A stretch of 64,000 nt of DNA, taken from contig CAKOJR010000005.1 of assembly GCA_934090735.1 (NCBI GenBank), forward strand, positions 4,524-68,523. The letters run 5' to 3'. Below the pieces are notes generated by a model that did not search any database, was not told where the DNA came from, and saw only the letters and a program-made list of their open reading frames with translations. Both the position numbers and the translations under genes were made by a program. Within the stretch, counting starts at the first letter, position 1. The number at the start of each line of letters is the position of its first letter. The DNA comes from an uncultured Bacilli bacterium (lineage in GTDB: Bacteria > Bacillota_I > Bacilli_A > RF39 > UBA660). Below are positions 18,301 to 27,750 of the stretch, one piece after another.

Positions 18301-20081
18301 AATTTCAAATCGAAGCAATAAATATTGCAAATATCTATAAATTCATCTAATAAATTATTATCTAAAATATTAAATATATTTTTTTCAAAGAAATTGTCAT
18401 TATAATTTGATTTTAATATTCCAATTTCAGTTTGCTTTTTCCACTCATTAGATACGCAATTAGAAAATACCAAATTATTTATAAATTTATCCTGATTTTC
18501 TTTAGTAAATAATTTATTAGAAATCCATATTTGATATCTTCTATAGACACATCTACCCATTTTTTCTATTTTTTTATAAAAATTATCATATTTTCCCTTA
18601 CAAGAGATAAACTGTTCATCAAAAAATTGTTCAAAACATATGTCTTCAAATATATCATATTTTAAACGAATACCCTCTTTATTGCGTATAACTATTTCTT
18701 CTGAAATTAAAGCAGAAATAATATTAGAATCAATATCTTTCTCACTGACTCCTAAAACAAATTTTTTTGCTCTGTCAAAAACTATTTTTTCTATTGCCTT
18801 TCTAACATTAGATACTTTAATATTATATTTTTTAGTTTTAGACTTCAAACAAATTATATTTTCCCAAATATAATATCGGAGTTTATTAATATCATCTATA
18901 CAATCTGGATTAATATTATATGACATAATGATATTTATATAAAAAGGTATTTTAAGCAAATCGTTATAGCTATTATTTTGTGCTAACTTGTTTATAATTG
19001 GGTATTTTTCTTTAATTAGATTTAACTCTTTTGATGAAATTTCGTCTATCTCATACAATTTAATCATATAGTTAGATTCAAGTTTTATAAATGCATTATT
19101 ATCATTTGATCTACATGAAGTTATTATATATGCATTCTCATATTTTGATACTATGGAATATAATGATTCTAATAATTCTAGTTTAGTTTTTGACGCATCA
19201 GCAATAAATTCTAAAGCATCTATAAAGAATACAATTCTTTTACCATTTAGAAAATCTAACATAGTTTTAATATCAAAATCCCAAATACTATTTAGATGAG
19301 TTTCTTCAACAAATCTTTCAGCACGTGCAAATAAGACCAATTTCTCATCATCAAGGTATTTTTTGCATAAAACTGACTTCCCGCTACCAGCCATTCCTTG
19401 AATGGATATAAATTTATTATTATCATCTTTTATTCTTTTCAAAAAATCTGATCTATCAATTTCATATTCGCCATTTATTTTTACATCTATATTTTTTATA
19501 CCAACATTTTTACTAATATCTAAGGCTTCACTAAATTTTAGTGATATTTCGTTGTAATTTTCAAATTCTTGTTTAAGTAATATAAAGATATCTTCTTGAA
19601 ATTTTATATCATTTTTTGATCGTGTTACAATGTCTAGAGTAGTTATTAAATTCTTGCTTTTATCAAAGGGAATATTACCAATTTGCTTTTTCCCAGTATA
19701 ATTTTTAATTTTTGTAATTTTATCATTATGTAAAACAAAAAAATAGACTTCTGTAATTTCAGAATATTTATTATCCTTGTTATCTCTGACATTTTCTAAA
19801 GTACTTTTAATCTTATTTTCCACATCAAGAGTTGTACTTACTTGAATATATATTTTTTTATCTTCTGATATCAAATCAAAATAAGGAAAATTACATCTCT
19901 CATCATTTAAATTATAAAATTTTTGATTAAAGTATAGTCCACAAATATTCTGCGCAAATAATTCAAACATTTTTGCATTATCAAATAAGCCATTTTTATT
20001 AGCTAATTTTATCTTTTGTTCATATGCAGACATATAATCTATAATAAAATCCATTCTCTCTTTTGAATACATCATAATCAC
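15330..20081 (-). CDS. giant NLR/STAND-like P-loop NTPase with N-terminal effector-like domain and long helical C-terminal region
   Basis: 1583 aa. Walker A IQGMAGSGKSVL (aa 229-236, nt 19374..19397), Walker B IVFFIDALE (aa 283-291), and a NACHT-like YIITSCRS motif. The N-terminal ~180 aa contain FPYFDLISEDKKIYIQVSTT. The rest is helical. The track start at 20081 is GTG; the ATGs at 20075 and 20072 are more likely. Confidence 0.75.
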   Translation of the reverse strand: MIMMYSKERMDFIIDYMSAYEQKIKLANKNGLFDNAKMFELFAQNICGLYFNQKFYNLNDERCNFPYFDLISEDKKIYIQVSTTLDVENKIKSTLENVRDNKDNKYSEITEVYFFVLHNDKITKIKNYTGKKQIGNIPFDKSKNLITTLDIVTRSKNDIKFQEDIFILLKQEFENYNEISLKFSEALDISKNVGIKNIDVKINGEYEIDRSDFLKRIKDDNNKFISIQGMAGSGKSVLCKKYLDDEKLVLFARAERFVEETHLNSIWDFDIKTMLDFLNGKRIVFFIDALEFIADASKTKLELLESLYSIVSKYENAYIITSCRSNDNNAFIKLESNYMIKLYEIDEISSKELNLIKEKYPIINKLAQNNSYNDLLKIPFYINIIMSYNINPDCIDDINKLRYYIWENIICLKSKTKKYNIKVSNVRKAIEKIVFDRAKKFVLGVSEKDIDSNIISALISEEIVIRNKEGIRLKYDIFEDICFEQFFDEQFISCKGKYDNFYKKIEKMGRCVYRRYQIWISNKLFTKENQDKFINNLVFSNCVSNEWKKQTEIGILKSNYNDNFFEKNIFNILDNNLLDEFIDICNIYCFDLKLVDFNNEFPKVILIPTGGSRKNIIKIIAQEKLYLKNTINESKVAKLCLDYTNQNNNRLKEIDILVCSILEFFVDEVFQKVDKERFNVIEYIDKYLVVLFKLSETCSEWLKNFFTKLLESYNSKSKKNQRMSEEILQWISENAHYNLVKELPHEMCFIANTLWIKKNSNNEFYYHSNVENDYGLCEDYKYSFQTPNKNVLLWNLFRVNFYIGLDWAIDFINNSVDAYAENSPDNVLKVKIKFVDTNEIKQYYGNNNMWLAGTRDGYVPDLLSDIVFYIKDSIINFIQQNLSDKENVEKILLNIKNKIYSKSNNVILLTVIENIGLHFQNEFPGYALDLVTSIDIINWDTHRYSLYLNNPQLQMLEKQLLLKIGLPEIKYRYQLDKKCAIHIENYAISLQISFGVDFQKRVFKILDYLYTIITNTEDNATNYLQIQKMDMRNAVITEVDKNTSMIETKITGEAKKVTDSHEKQNEIYVELENKIDNYIRDRQRGKNYRDKLLNCIEELNGIINSNSDRTSGYESILICFISIALKEEKLSTLERNNFCDFWITGLEKIFENEVFIFEPQLINILLDQLYEDTSDEIKNKIKKIILKCIINDTHDGIIKQIQLKISQYLLGNSNLSRIIFNTIIKLSEDEMNHQKYNATYVKESGFVFKPNFVPRLSGVDYQLEENSEKKYESLKEQVIQDYLFDEKKLNLDQFNIDDYDIQLLFKIVNCGMTLSNKSFEKILKELLKCMINIYDSCKEDRLYYEIIDTYSEFELVSFIQKELIYTLEYNENVIDFLFKDINFEIFQEEAIEFYQKIMGGFIAEFYDSYNNASRRNICKKKISEVEKRIVNIKNEKVKKQLYKCLFFNASRDCKWNPSEIKTSYSYEDKMFLNRQFSKYGIYYIRDAIKSLYLLNVDELLPEILISVKEILSYNNSNYNILEKELKGDVDIIINMIIIKSFTKYSDKIKLDEELIKSYEDILCILIAHDNEIAGVLIDEFRVH

Positions 20082-20216
20082 CCTAACAACTTATTTAATA
20101 ATATAGAAAAAATTTTTTAATTTTGATTTATCACTAAAGATTTAGTATTTACTTTTTCTAGCCTTTTTTACAAAGGATATCTCGAATATAAAATCTATAC
20201 CATTTTTTATAAAAAT

Positions 20217-22871
20217 CTAATCAACTTTGTATTGTTCAGTTAAATATTTAAAAGTTGAATTAGTTTGTATCTTACTTGAAGGTATCAAAACATATTCCCA
20301 ATGTTTATTACCTGTTGAATCTGCCCATTTTGATACTAATTGACAATATGAAAGTGCTCTTTCCTGTTTTGCTAAAACATCAACATCATCTAATTTATTA
20401 TCAGCTTTTACTTCAACTAAATATACAATAGATTCTGTTTCCACTACAAAGTCAGGTTCATAACGCTTTCCACCATTATATGTAATATTAAACTCATTTG
20501 GACTAGGTCTTAACCATGTACGCACAAAATTATCTTCTCTTTCAAGCTGTCTGGCAAGTATAAGTTCTGGTTCACTATCAAATTTTGCTGAACTAAATAC
20601 ACCTCTCTTTATTCCATCAAATAATATTGAAGTTATTTTTCCATCATTTTTAGAATCATATGAATCAAAAATATTCTTTACTTTACTATAACTGTAATTT
20701 GATTGAAAATTTATATTACTATTACTAAAAACTTCTTCCTTTATCAATCCTTCATTTCTAATAAAATGTCTTAACATTTGAGAATAAATTTCTGATGTTA
20801 TTTCATTTTTATACATCATAACTATGTTTTTTGTTCCGTCTACACCATATTGTTGTTCATAATAATCTGTCAACTGACTTATTAATTTAAATAATAGCTC
20901 TGAACTTTTTTCATAATCAACTTCTGCTTTTTTTCGTAACTCATCGACAATCGACTTTTTAGGATTCAATATATCAAAAGTAATATAACCTTTTTCTATT
21001 TTTTCTTCATCTGAGGAATCTAATAAATTTCTTAAAATTAATTCATTTTCTATAGGTTGCTGATTAAATTTAGTTAAATCCAAATCAAAATCATCAAAGT
21101 AGTATTCACCTTCTTCTCTTTCTACCTTAATCTTTGGTATTAAAATAAATTTATTAAGAATTTGATCGTGTGTCTTAATAATATTTTCTTTTATCCAATT
21201 TTCAATTGGATTTTTATTTTCATCATAAATTTTACCATAATCCTTATCTTTTTTTATTTCATATTCTATAGCATCTTTTATTTTAATTTTTCCTTCATCC
21301 GTAAAATTATTATTAGAACTTAAAGTGTAATTTTCAACATTCTTTACTAATAAATCATTTATTCTATTTGCAAAACCATATTTTTCGCTTTCCTCACATA
21401 CAACAAGTTTATCACACAATTCATCATCTGAGGGGTATTCCAGAGGTAAGCGCGTAAAAATTATTTTTTCCTTTTCTAGTTCTTCAGCTTTTATAATATT
21501 ACCTTTGTTAAAAATTGAATTACCTTTTTGGGCTTCTTCTATAATTTCCTTAAATTTATCATGTGCTGTAAGCATAACAGAGTCAATATCCTTATCACCA
21601 GTTCTTTCACCATAAGGTAATCGTAGTCCTCTTCCTACCATTTGTTCCCTTAATATTTTTGAACTTGCTGTCCTTAAAGGCACAATTGTATAAAGATTAT
21701 TTACATCCCATCCTTCTTTTAACATATTAACATGAATTACTATTTCAATTGGATTATCAACTTTTTCAACATCCAAAAGCAGCTTTGTATTAACTTCAGT
21801 TTCAATGCCTGACATTTTTGAATTTATTGTTATTGTTTTAAATTTATAATGTCCATTCTGAAAGTCATCAGATTTTATATACTTTTCTATTTTTGAAGCA
21901 TGTTCAGTGTCTTTACATACAACTAACATAAATGGTTTTATTAAATCCTTTTTCATACTTCTAGAATAATAAAATAATTTTTCCTTAATGCGTTTATGAC
22001 ATAAAATTCCATCATTTAACATCAATTTATCTATCTCATCATCACCAAAATTATAAAAATTAATATCCGTTCTAGTAACTGCAAAAGGAACTCTTGTATA
22101 TCCGTCTTTTATTGCTTCAGATAATGGATATTCGTACACAACATTTTTAAATGGAATTTGCTTACCTTTTACATTTACTAAAGGTGTGGCAGTCAATTCT
22201 AAGCCTAAAATTGGTTTCAGATTGTTTATAGTTTCCATTCCTCTATCTGCTCTATAATGATGTGATTCATCCATAATAATGACTAAATCTTTCATTTCTG
22301 CTAACTCATCATAAAAAGACATTCCTCTTACTTCACTGAAAGCTTTCATTTTTGTATTTTCTTTATCAAATTTACTTATATTATAAACATAAATTGTTAC
22401 TTCAGAATCAAATAAATTTATCATTCTATTAAAATCATCATCAGCGACTACTCTTGGAGGATTATTAAAACATCCAATTCCTTTAAACACATATTTAGAA
22501 TTATCTGGATTTCCTAGGTCTCTTTTTAATTTTTCATATATAGTTGTAGATGGAGCAATTACTAAAAAATTTTTAATATTATAGTTTGTATAAAGATATG
22601 TTATGAATGCTCCCATAAGTCTAGTTTTACCAACACCTGTTGCTAATGCAAATGTTAATGAAGTAAATGCTCTTTCAAATTCAGTAAATATTGGATATTT
22701 TGAATTAATTACCTTTAAATTATTAATATTATCTTGGTTATATTCATTCATTAAATTCGTACTTTTTAATATATCATCCAATATTTGCAATGACTTTTCT
22801 TGCGGGTTTCTTAACGACATTATACCAGATATATAATCAATAGAATACTTCATACTATTTACATCATTCAT
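20217..22871 (-). CDS. res: type III restriction-modification system, restriction (Res) subunit
   Basis: SF2 helicase motifs ATGVGKT and IIMDESHH. C-terminal PD-(D/E)xK-like motif YEPDFVVE...VYLVEVKAD. The preferred start at 22871 (GGAGG 9 nt upstream) overlaps the mod stop. Confidence 0.9.
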   Translation of the reverse strand: MNDVNSMKYSIDYISGIMSLRNPQEKSLQILDDILKSTNLMNEYNQDNINNLKVINSKYPIFTEFERAFTSLTFALATGVGKTRLMGAFITYLYTNYNIKNFLVIAPSTTIYEKLKRDLGNPDNSKYVFKGIGCFNNPPRVVADDDFNRMINLFDSEVTIYVYNISKFDKENTKMKAFSEVRGMSFYDELAEMKDLVIIMDESHHYRADRGMETINNLKPILGLELTATPLVNVKGKQIPFKNVVYEYPLSEAIKDGYTRVPFAVTRTDINFYNFGDDEIDKLMLNDGILCHKRIKEKLFYYSRSMKKDLIKPFMLVVCKDTEHASKIEKYIKSDDFQNGHYKFKTITINSKMSGIETEVNTKLLLDVEKVDNPIEIVIHVNMLKEGWDVNNLYTIVPLRTASSKILREQMVGRGLRLPYGERTGDKDIDSVMLTAHDKFKEIIEEAQKGNSIFNKGNIIKAEELEKEKIIFTRLPLEYPSDDELCDKLVVCEESEKYGFANRINDLLVKNVENYTLSSNNNFTDEGKIKIKDAIEYEIKKDKDYGKIYDENKNPIENWIKENIIKTHDQILNKFILIPKIKVEREEGEYYFDDFDLDLTKFNQQPIENELILRNLLDSSDEEKIEKGYITFDILNPKKSIVDELRKKAEVDYEKSSELLFKLISQLTDYYEQQYGVDGTKNIVMMYKNEITSEIYSQMLRHFIRNEGLIKEEVFSNSNINFQSNYSYSKVKNIFDSYDSKNDGKITSILFDGIKRGVFSSAKFDSEPELILARQLEREDNFVRTWLRPSPNEFNITYNGGKRYEPDFVVETESIVYLVEVKADNKLDDVDVLAKQERALSYCQLVSKWADSTGNKHWEYVLIPSSKIQTNSTFKYLTEQYKVD

Positions 22872-24612
22872 AAAATTCATCCTCCATATCATTGGAAATA
22901 TCATTTACAACATTTAGATTATAATTATTTACATTAAAAACACATTTATTTAATAACATCTCTGGTATTTTTTTTATCATTATATTTTTGTACTTATTTA
23001 ACAGTTCTTCATCATAAGCAGTACACGCAATAACAAGATACTCTTCAGGAAGCATAGAACCCTTTATTTTTTCTAGTGTCATTGAATTTAAAAATTGAGT
23101 TGTTACATATAAATAACTATTTTCATTTCCTATTGATTGTTTCCAAAAAATCTCTTTATCAGGATTGTATTCAAAACCTTCATGGAGTGCAACTGATCTT
23201 GCTAGCATTTCTGGATTGTAGTTTTTATTAATAACCATTTCCCCAAAAGAATCTTCATTTATTAAAGTTGGTGCAAGTTCATAAAAATTGTAACCTCCTC
23301 CACCATTCCAATTAACAATCGAGGTAATTCCACCATTATCTTTTCCATCAATGATTAAATTTAATCTTTTTATACAATGCGTATATACATGTTCACCCAT
23401 CTCAATTCCTATCCAATTTCTATTCATTTTATGGGCAACCGCTGCTGTAGTACCACTACCTAAAAATGAGTCTAAAACATAATCTCCTTCATTTGTACTC
23501 ATTTCTATTATCCTGTTTAACAATAATTCTGGTTTTTTACCATTAGGAAATTCTACTTGACCTTCTTTTGTTAAATTATTAAGATTTATTCCATCCCATA
23601 AAGTTCCTTGTAAGTCTTTCTTTAACCATTTTCCATCTTTATATTCCGTTACATCTTTTAGCCAAGTAAGTAATCTAAATTTATCGCCTTTATAGAATTG
23701 CTCATATTCATTTCCTTTGTTTTTACCAGTCTTAGGAATATATTTGATGCTAATTACATCTGAATGTTTAATGCCTTCTAATCTTTCCATTACTCTTGGT
23801 CTAATTGAAGATTGTGGCATTGCAGTTGTATGAATTCGATCCATATACTTATAATATACTTCATTTTCTGAAATATTTTCTTGCTTTGCAATTTGAGATA
23901 TTGACATAAATTTTGCATTTGGACGATTATATATTTTAATTTCATTTCCATCGCCATCTACTGTTGATGCTAGATATTCAGGGTCTCCTTTTTCATATAA
24001 TACCGACGTATATTTCCAGCTAATACCTTCATCTTTATATTTTTTTACCAATTCACATATTTCTGTATACGCATATGCATTTTGTAGCCATTTAAAATTA
24101 TCATATTTTTTAGTATATGTAAGGATAAATTCAATATTCTTTTTTAATCTTTTATCTTCTCCTCCACCACTTGCACCTGCAATATTCTTCATTTTAACTG
24201 TTATAGTATTCAAATAATTATTTCTACCAAAAATTTCATCACATAATACTTTCAAATATGCATATTCATTATCATCAATTTGAATAAATATTATACCATC
24301 CTCTCTCAATAATCTCTGCAAAATAACTAAACGTTCCTTCATTAGGTTTAGCCAAATACTATGTTCTAGATTATCATTATAATGTTCAAATGCACTTCCA
24401 GTATTATATGGAGGATCTATATAAATACATTTTATCCTTTCTGAATAATTCTTTTCTAATGCTTTCAACGCTAAAAGATTGTCCCCATGAATGAGAATAT
24501 TTCGAGAATTTTTATCACCATAACTTCTTTCATCATCCTTAATCAATATTCTAGGTTCTACCTTTTCTTCATTGTTTTTTCCTATCCATGTTAATTCTAA
24601 TTTACCTTTCAT
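22864..24612 (-). CDS. mod: type III restriction-modification system, DNA methyltransferase (Mod) subunit
   Basis: Beta-class motif order: IYIDPPYNTG (motif IV) near the N-terminus and VLDSFLGSGTTAAVA (motif I) near the C-terminus. Overlaps the res start. The start is either the ATG at 24612 or the GTG at 24624. Confidence 0.9.
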   Translation of the reverse strand: MKGKLELTWIGKNNEEKVEPRILIKDDERSYGDKNSRNILIHGDNLLALKALEKNYSERIKCIYIDPPYNTGSAFEHYNDNLEHSIWLNLMKERLVILQRLLREDGIIFIQIDDNEYAYLKVLCDEIFGRNNYLNTITVKMKNIAGASGGGEDKRLKKNIEFILTYTKKYDNFKWLQNAYAYTEICELVKKYKDEGISWKYTSVLYEKGDPEYLASTVDGDGNEIKIYNRPNAKFMSISQIAKQENISENEVYYKYMDRIHTTAMPQSSIRPRVMERLEGIKHSDVISIKYIPKTGKNKGNEYEQFYKGDKFRLLTWLKDVTEYKDGKWLKKDLQGTLWDGINLNNLTKEGQVEFPNGKKPELLLNRIIEMSTNEGDYVLDSFLGSGTTAAVAHKMNRNWIGIEMGEHVYTHCIKRLNLIIDGKDNGGITSIVNWNGGGGYNFYELAPTLINEDSFGEMVINKNYNPEMLARSVALHEGFEYNPDKEIFWKQSIGNENSYLYVTTQFLNSMTLEKIKGSMLPEEYLVIACTAYDEELLNKYKNIMIKKIPEMLLNKCVFNVNNYNLNVVNDISNDMEDEFYE

Positions 24613-24753
24613 AATATACACCACACTTATAATTTCTCTTCTAATCTTAAATACTTATTTTTATCTAATTAAAAATTTTTTAAATTACAATTTTTTGGAT
24701 AATTGCTAATATTAATTATACTATAAAAACTGGCAAAAATCGACTTTTTATGA

Positions 24754-25779
24754 TTAATTAGTATCAATTATTGTTTTTCTTAATTCTTCTTCTAAAGAAT
24801 GCGATAATTGTATTAAATATTGTTCATTAAAATCAATATCAGTTCGATTTGACATCTTTTTTTCAATAAGATCAAATATTTCATTTCTATCTTTTTGAAT
24901 AGCAATTCTATCAAAAATTAATCCAGCCCATGAATTATCAAAATAATGGCAGCCCATAAATATTAATTTTAAATTTTTATCATTTGTTGCAAAGAAAACT
25001 TCTTTATCTGAAAAATGGTATTGAAAATTATTGATTGATGACAAATAAGAGATATCCCAAGCCTGATTTTTACATCCTCTAATAATTTTTTCAAAATCTT
25101 TACTTTTAATATTTTTTGGTGCCTTAATAGTCGAATAGTTAGTGAATAATAAAATTGCATAGGTAATATCATACATAGATAATTTTAAATTATCATAATA
25201 CCAATCAAGATACTTTAAAATTTTGTTTTTTGTAGATAATTTAGTTAAAAAAACCTCTGCAATTTTTAAAACCGAACAATAACTAAGTAAATATGTAATA
25301 CTTTTATTTTTATAATTTGCATGGCGGTGAAATTTTACTGATATATCAAATTTTTGTAATTTATAGTTCCCATTTTTTAAATGATTTAAAAAAACTAAAC
25401 TTGGAATTTCAGATAGATAAGTCAACAACTCATTTAATTGCCTAATGACTTCTGAATTTTCTGTTAAATCTCCATATTCATTCATTGCCAATCCAATATT
25501 ATATTGTAATCCATTACAATTACAAAACATCAAAAATGATAGTAGCATTATCATATTATCTTCTTCTTTTAATTCACCATTTTTAAGATAATCAAACAAC
25601 ATTGAAGTTATATTTCTATCTAGTACAATAATTTTGTCTTTCTTATTCATCAAATATTCTTTGTAATGAGTAAATTTTCCTTCCATAGCATAATAAGGAT
25701 GAAAAATAATTTGAAAAGAATTAACTAAATCAAATATATCATTTAAATCATTATCCTCTAAAATAATCAAATCGTTCAT
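24754..25779 (-). CDS. hypothetical protein (possible PIN-like nuclease; weak inference)
   Basis: 341 aa from the ATG at 25779 (GAGGTGA RBS). Acidic motifs IIVLDRNI, AWDISYL and FFATNDKNL loosely resemble PIN-domain signatures. No confident domain. Confidence 0.45.
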   Translation of the reverse strand: MNDLIILEDNDLNDIFDLVNSFQIIFHPYYAMEGKFTHYKEYLMNKKDKIIVLDRNITSMLFDYLKNGELKEEDNMIMLLSFLMFCNCNGLQYNIGLAMNEYGDLTENSEVIRQLNELLTYLSEIPSLVFLNHLKNGNYKLQKFDISVKFHRHANYKNKSITYLLSYCSVLKIAEVFLTKLSTKNKILKYLDWYYDNLKLSMYDITYAILLFTNYSTIKAPKNIKSKDFEKIIRGCKNQAWDISYLSSINNFQYHFSDKEVFFATNDKNLKLIFMGCHYFDNSWAGLIFDRIAIQKDRNEIFDLIEKKMSNRTDIDFNEQYLIQLSHSLEEELRKTIIDTN

Positions 25780-25960
25780 ACAAATCACCTCAAAACATTA
25801 GCATAGCTATTCTTATAATAATTAAACAGTTAATTATATTATACCATGTCTATATGGTTTTATCGTCTTTATCTATTTGTTTTAATAATTGATTTTAAAT
25901 AATTTATTATGAATTAAAAACCGTATTCGGAAATCCACATACCCGTAATGGTGCACTGGA

Positions 25961-26257
25961 TTAATTTTCATATGGTTTTTCATAAATTATATATTCATAA
26001 TCAAATCTGCCATTTTCATCTCTAGTTTCAATAACTTTTAAATATTTATTAACTTTTAATTCATTTAATATTTTTCTAATAGTATCTCTACTTTCAACAC
26101 AAATACTTGATAATCCTAATATAGAATAGTCCCAATTATCTGGTAATGATAACATTAAAGATAATAAACCCTTTGCCTTTAAACTTAATCTTCTATCCTT
26201 CAAATGATAATTTCCCATAACTATATATCCTTCTTCTCTATTTGATTTTATTTTCAT
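25961..26257 (-). CDS. small winged-helix DNA-binding protein of the type common on Firmicutes mobile elements
   Basis: 98 aa. The pattern LSLKAKGLLSLMLSLPDNWDYSILGLSSI...RDTIRKILNELKVNKYL...GRFDYEYIIYEKP matches the widespread HTH family found on plasmids and phages. Confidence 0.55.
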   Translation of the reverse strand: MKIKSNREEGYIVMGNYHLKDRRLSLKAKGLLSLMLSLPDNWDYSILGLSSICVESRDTIRKILNELKVNKYLKVIETRDENGRFDYEYIIYEKPYEN

Positions 26258-26284
26258 ATTCTCATATCCTTTCTTTTCTCAAAA

Positions 26285-26310
26285 TAAAAAAGCCTATATA
26301 AATAGACTTT
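26285..26310 (-). terminator. rho-independent terminator after the rnlB-like gene
   Basis: Minus strand AAGTCTAT-ttata-ATAGGCTT (one mismatch) followed by TTTTTT. Confidence 0.5.
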
Positions 26311-26335
26311 ACGCTCAACAAACAATTTCATAAAT

Positions 26336-26689
26336 CTAATTGTTTAATACATAATTTATTGTTGATTTTGTTAATGTACCATTATTTAATATATCAACAT
26401 GTTCTTTTAAATATTGTTTAACAGTTTTTTTACTTGATTCTGATACATCATTTGGATTTATGATTATACTATTATAGCTTCCTTCTTCAAAGTTTAATAA
26501 TACATACCTATTAAATGAATATCCATTTCGCAAAAACAAATCTACAATAACAGAGAATTTATTTCCTTGAGTTTTTGAAAGTTCATTGTATATATCTTCA
26601 GTAAAAAAATATAAGTCATCAATATTGTTCAAAAAAATATAATTTTTATTTATATCCTCTTCAAAATTAAAAATTTCATAATCGTTCAT
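26336..26689 (-). CDS. rnlB: RnlB-like antitoxin
   Basis: 117 aa (E. coli RnlB is 123 aa), immediately downstream of the RnlA-like gene with an AAGGAGA RBS. VIVDLFLRNGYSFNRYVLLNFEEG parallels RnlB ILFDLLCANGPEWNRFVTLEMKYG. Confidence 0.6.
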   Translation of the reverse strand: MNDYEIFNFEEDINKNYIFLNNIDDLYFFTEDIYNELSKTQGNKFSVIVDLFLRNGYSFNRYVLLNFEEGSYNSIIINPNDVSESSKKTVKQYLKEHVDILNNGTLTKSTINYVLNN

Positions 26690-26701
26690 AAATATTCTCC
26701 T

Positions 26702-27748
26702 TTATTTATAAAAAACATTATAAGATTTTTCAATATTTTCAATAATTTCATCAACTATTTCTTTTGCTTCTTGCCAATTTTCAATTATTCTTGTTTGTGA
26801 TGGTTCAATTGTTGCATGCAAGAACACATTTCTCTTATTTGAATATATTTTATTTAATTTTATTAAATATTCTTTTTCATCATTACTTATTAATTTATCA
26901 TTTTCAATTTTACTTGAATTTCCTCTATCTTTATAAAACATTGAAAATTTATTTTTTTTATCAATCTTATATGAATACTTATTCACTAATACTTTTGTTA
27001 AGTAACCTTCTAATGTTTTAAATGCACCTGTAACACAACAAGTATAATCCTCACTTTCTTTTATTGTTTTAAGTGATGTGATTGATCCTGAAAGAGATTT
27101 TATCAATGCTTCATCTAAAAAAGTATATGAATTTGATAAATTTGCTTTAATTGTTTCTCTTATATCAGCTGTTGAAATTTTTGTTGTTGTAAACATGTTG
27201 TTTATTTCTATAATACTATCAAGAGATACAGAAGATAATTGAGATAATAAGGTCATTATTATACCAAAAGTTTTAAAAGGTCTACCTTGAATCATAACTT
27301 TATTAGTTTGAGGGTAAAATGTTATATCAATATGATCTTTATTATACCCAATAAAACGAATTCTATTATTACTATAATATTTAATTTGAATTTCAGAAGA
27401 AAACTCATCTTCAACACATTTAATAAGTTCTTCAATTGTTTCTTTATTACATGAAAACACTGTTTGTTTGGGTTGAGCACTATCAATAGGATAACCTAAT
27501 TCAGCTAAATATTTTATCAATTTATTAGATTCTTCAGCATTTTTTCCAATAGGCATCATTTTTACAGACATCTTTTTAACCTTAACATAGAATTTAACTT
27601 TACATTGTTTTCCTGATATAAAAAAGTTGCATGTATATTCTTCTTTACCTTGAACTTTAATATAATTACTAAATACAAAATCAATATTTTTTTTAGAATA
27701 ATCTTTGATATAAGTTTCTATATCATCTGGATTTATATATACTTCCAT
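26702..27748 (-). CDS. rnlA: RnlA-family HEPN endoribonuclease toxin
   Basis: 348 aa (E. coli RnlA is 357 aa). QTNKVMIQGRPFKTF parallels RnlA TTGKLQIQGRPLSCY. AFKTLEGYLTKVL parallels ELRTIEGVLKSKM. A C-terminal HEPN Rx4H motif is present (KRNVFLH versus ERHSLFH). Confidence 0.8.
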   Translation of the reverse strand: MEVYINPDDIETYIKDYSKKNIDFVFSNYIKVQGKEEYTCNFFISGKQCKVKFYVKVKKMSVKMMPIGKNAEESNKLIKYLAELGYPIDSAQPKQTVFSCNKETIEELIKCVEDEFSSEIQIKYYSNNRIRFIGYNKDHIDITFYPQTNKVMIQGRPFKTFGIIMTLLSQLSSVSLDSIIEINNMFTTTKISTADIRETIKANLSNSYTFLDEALIKSLSGSITSLKTIKESEDYTCCVTGAFKTLEGYLTKVLVNKYSYKIDKKNKFSMFYKDRGNSSKIENDKLISNDEKEYLIKLNKIYSNKRNVFLHATIEPSQTRIIENWQEAKEIVDEIIENIEKSYNVFYK

Positions 27749-27750
27749 TA

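Noticed and set aside
26702-27748. I considered the 348-aa ORF as a novel unknown protein.
   Set aside because: Motif-level matches to E. coli RnlA (IQGRP, TLEG, Rx4H) and the RnlB-like downstream gene place it in a known family. The novelty claim is restricted to the coupled upstream TPR-CSD gene.
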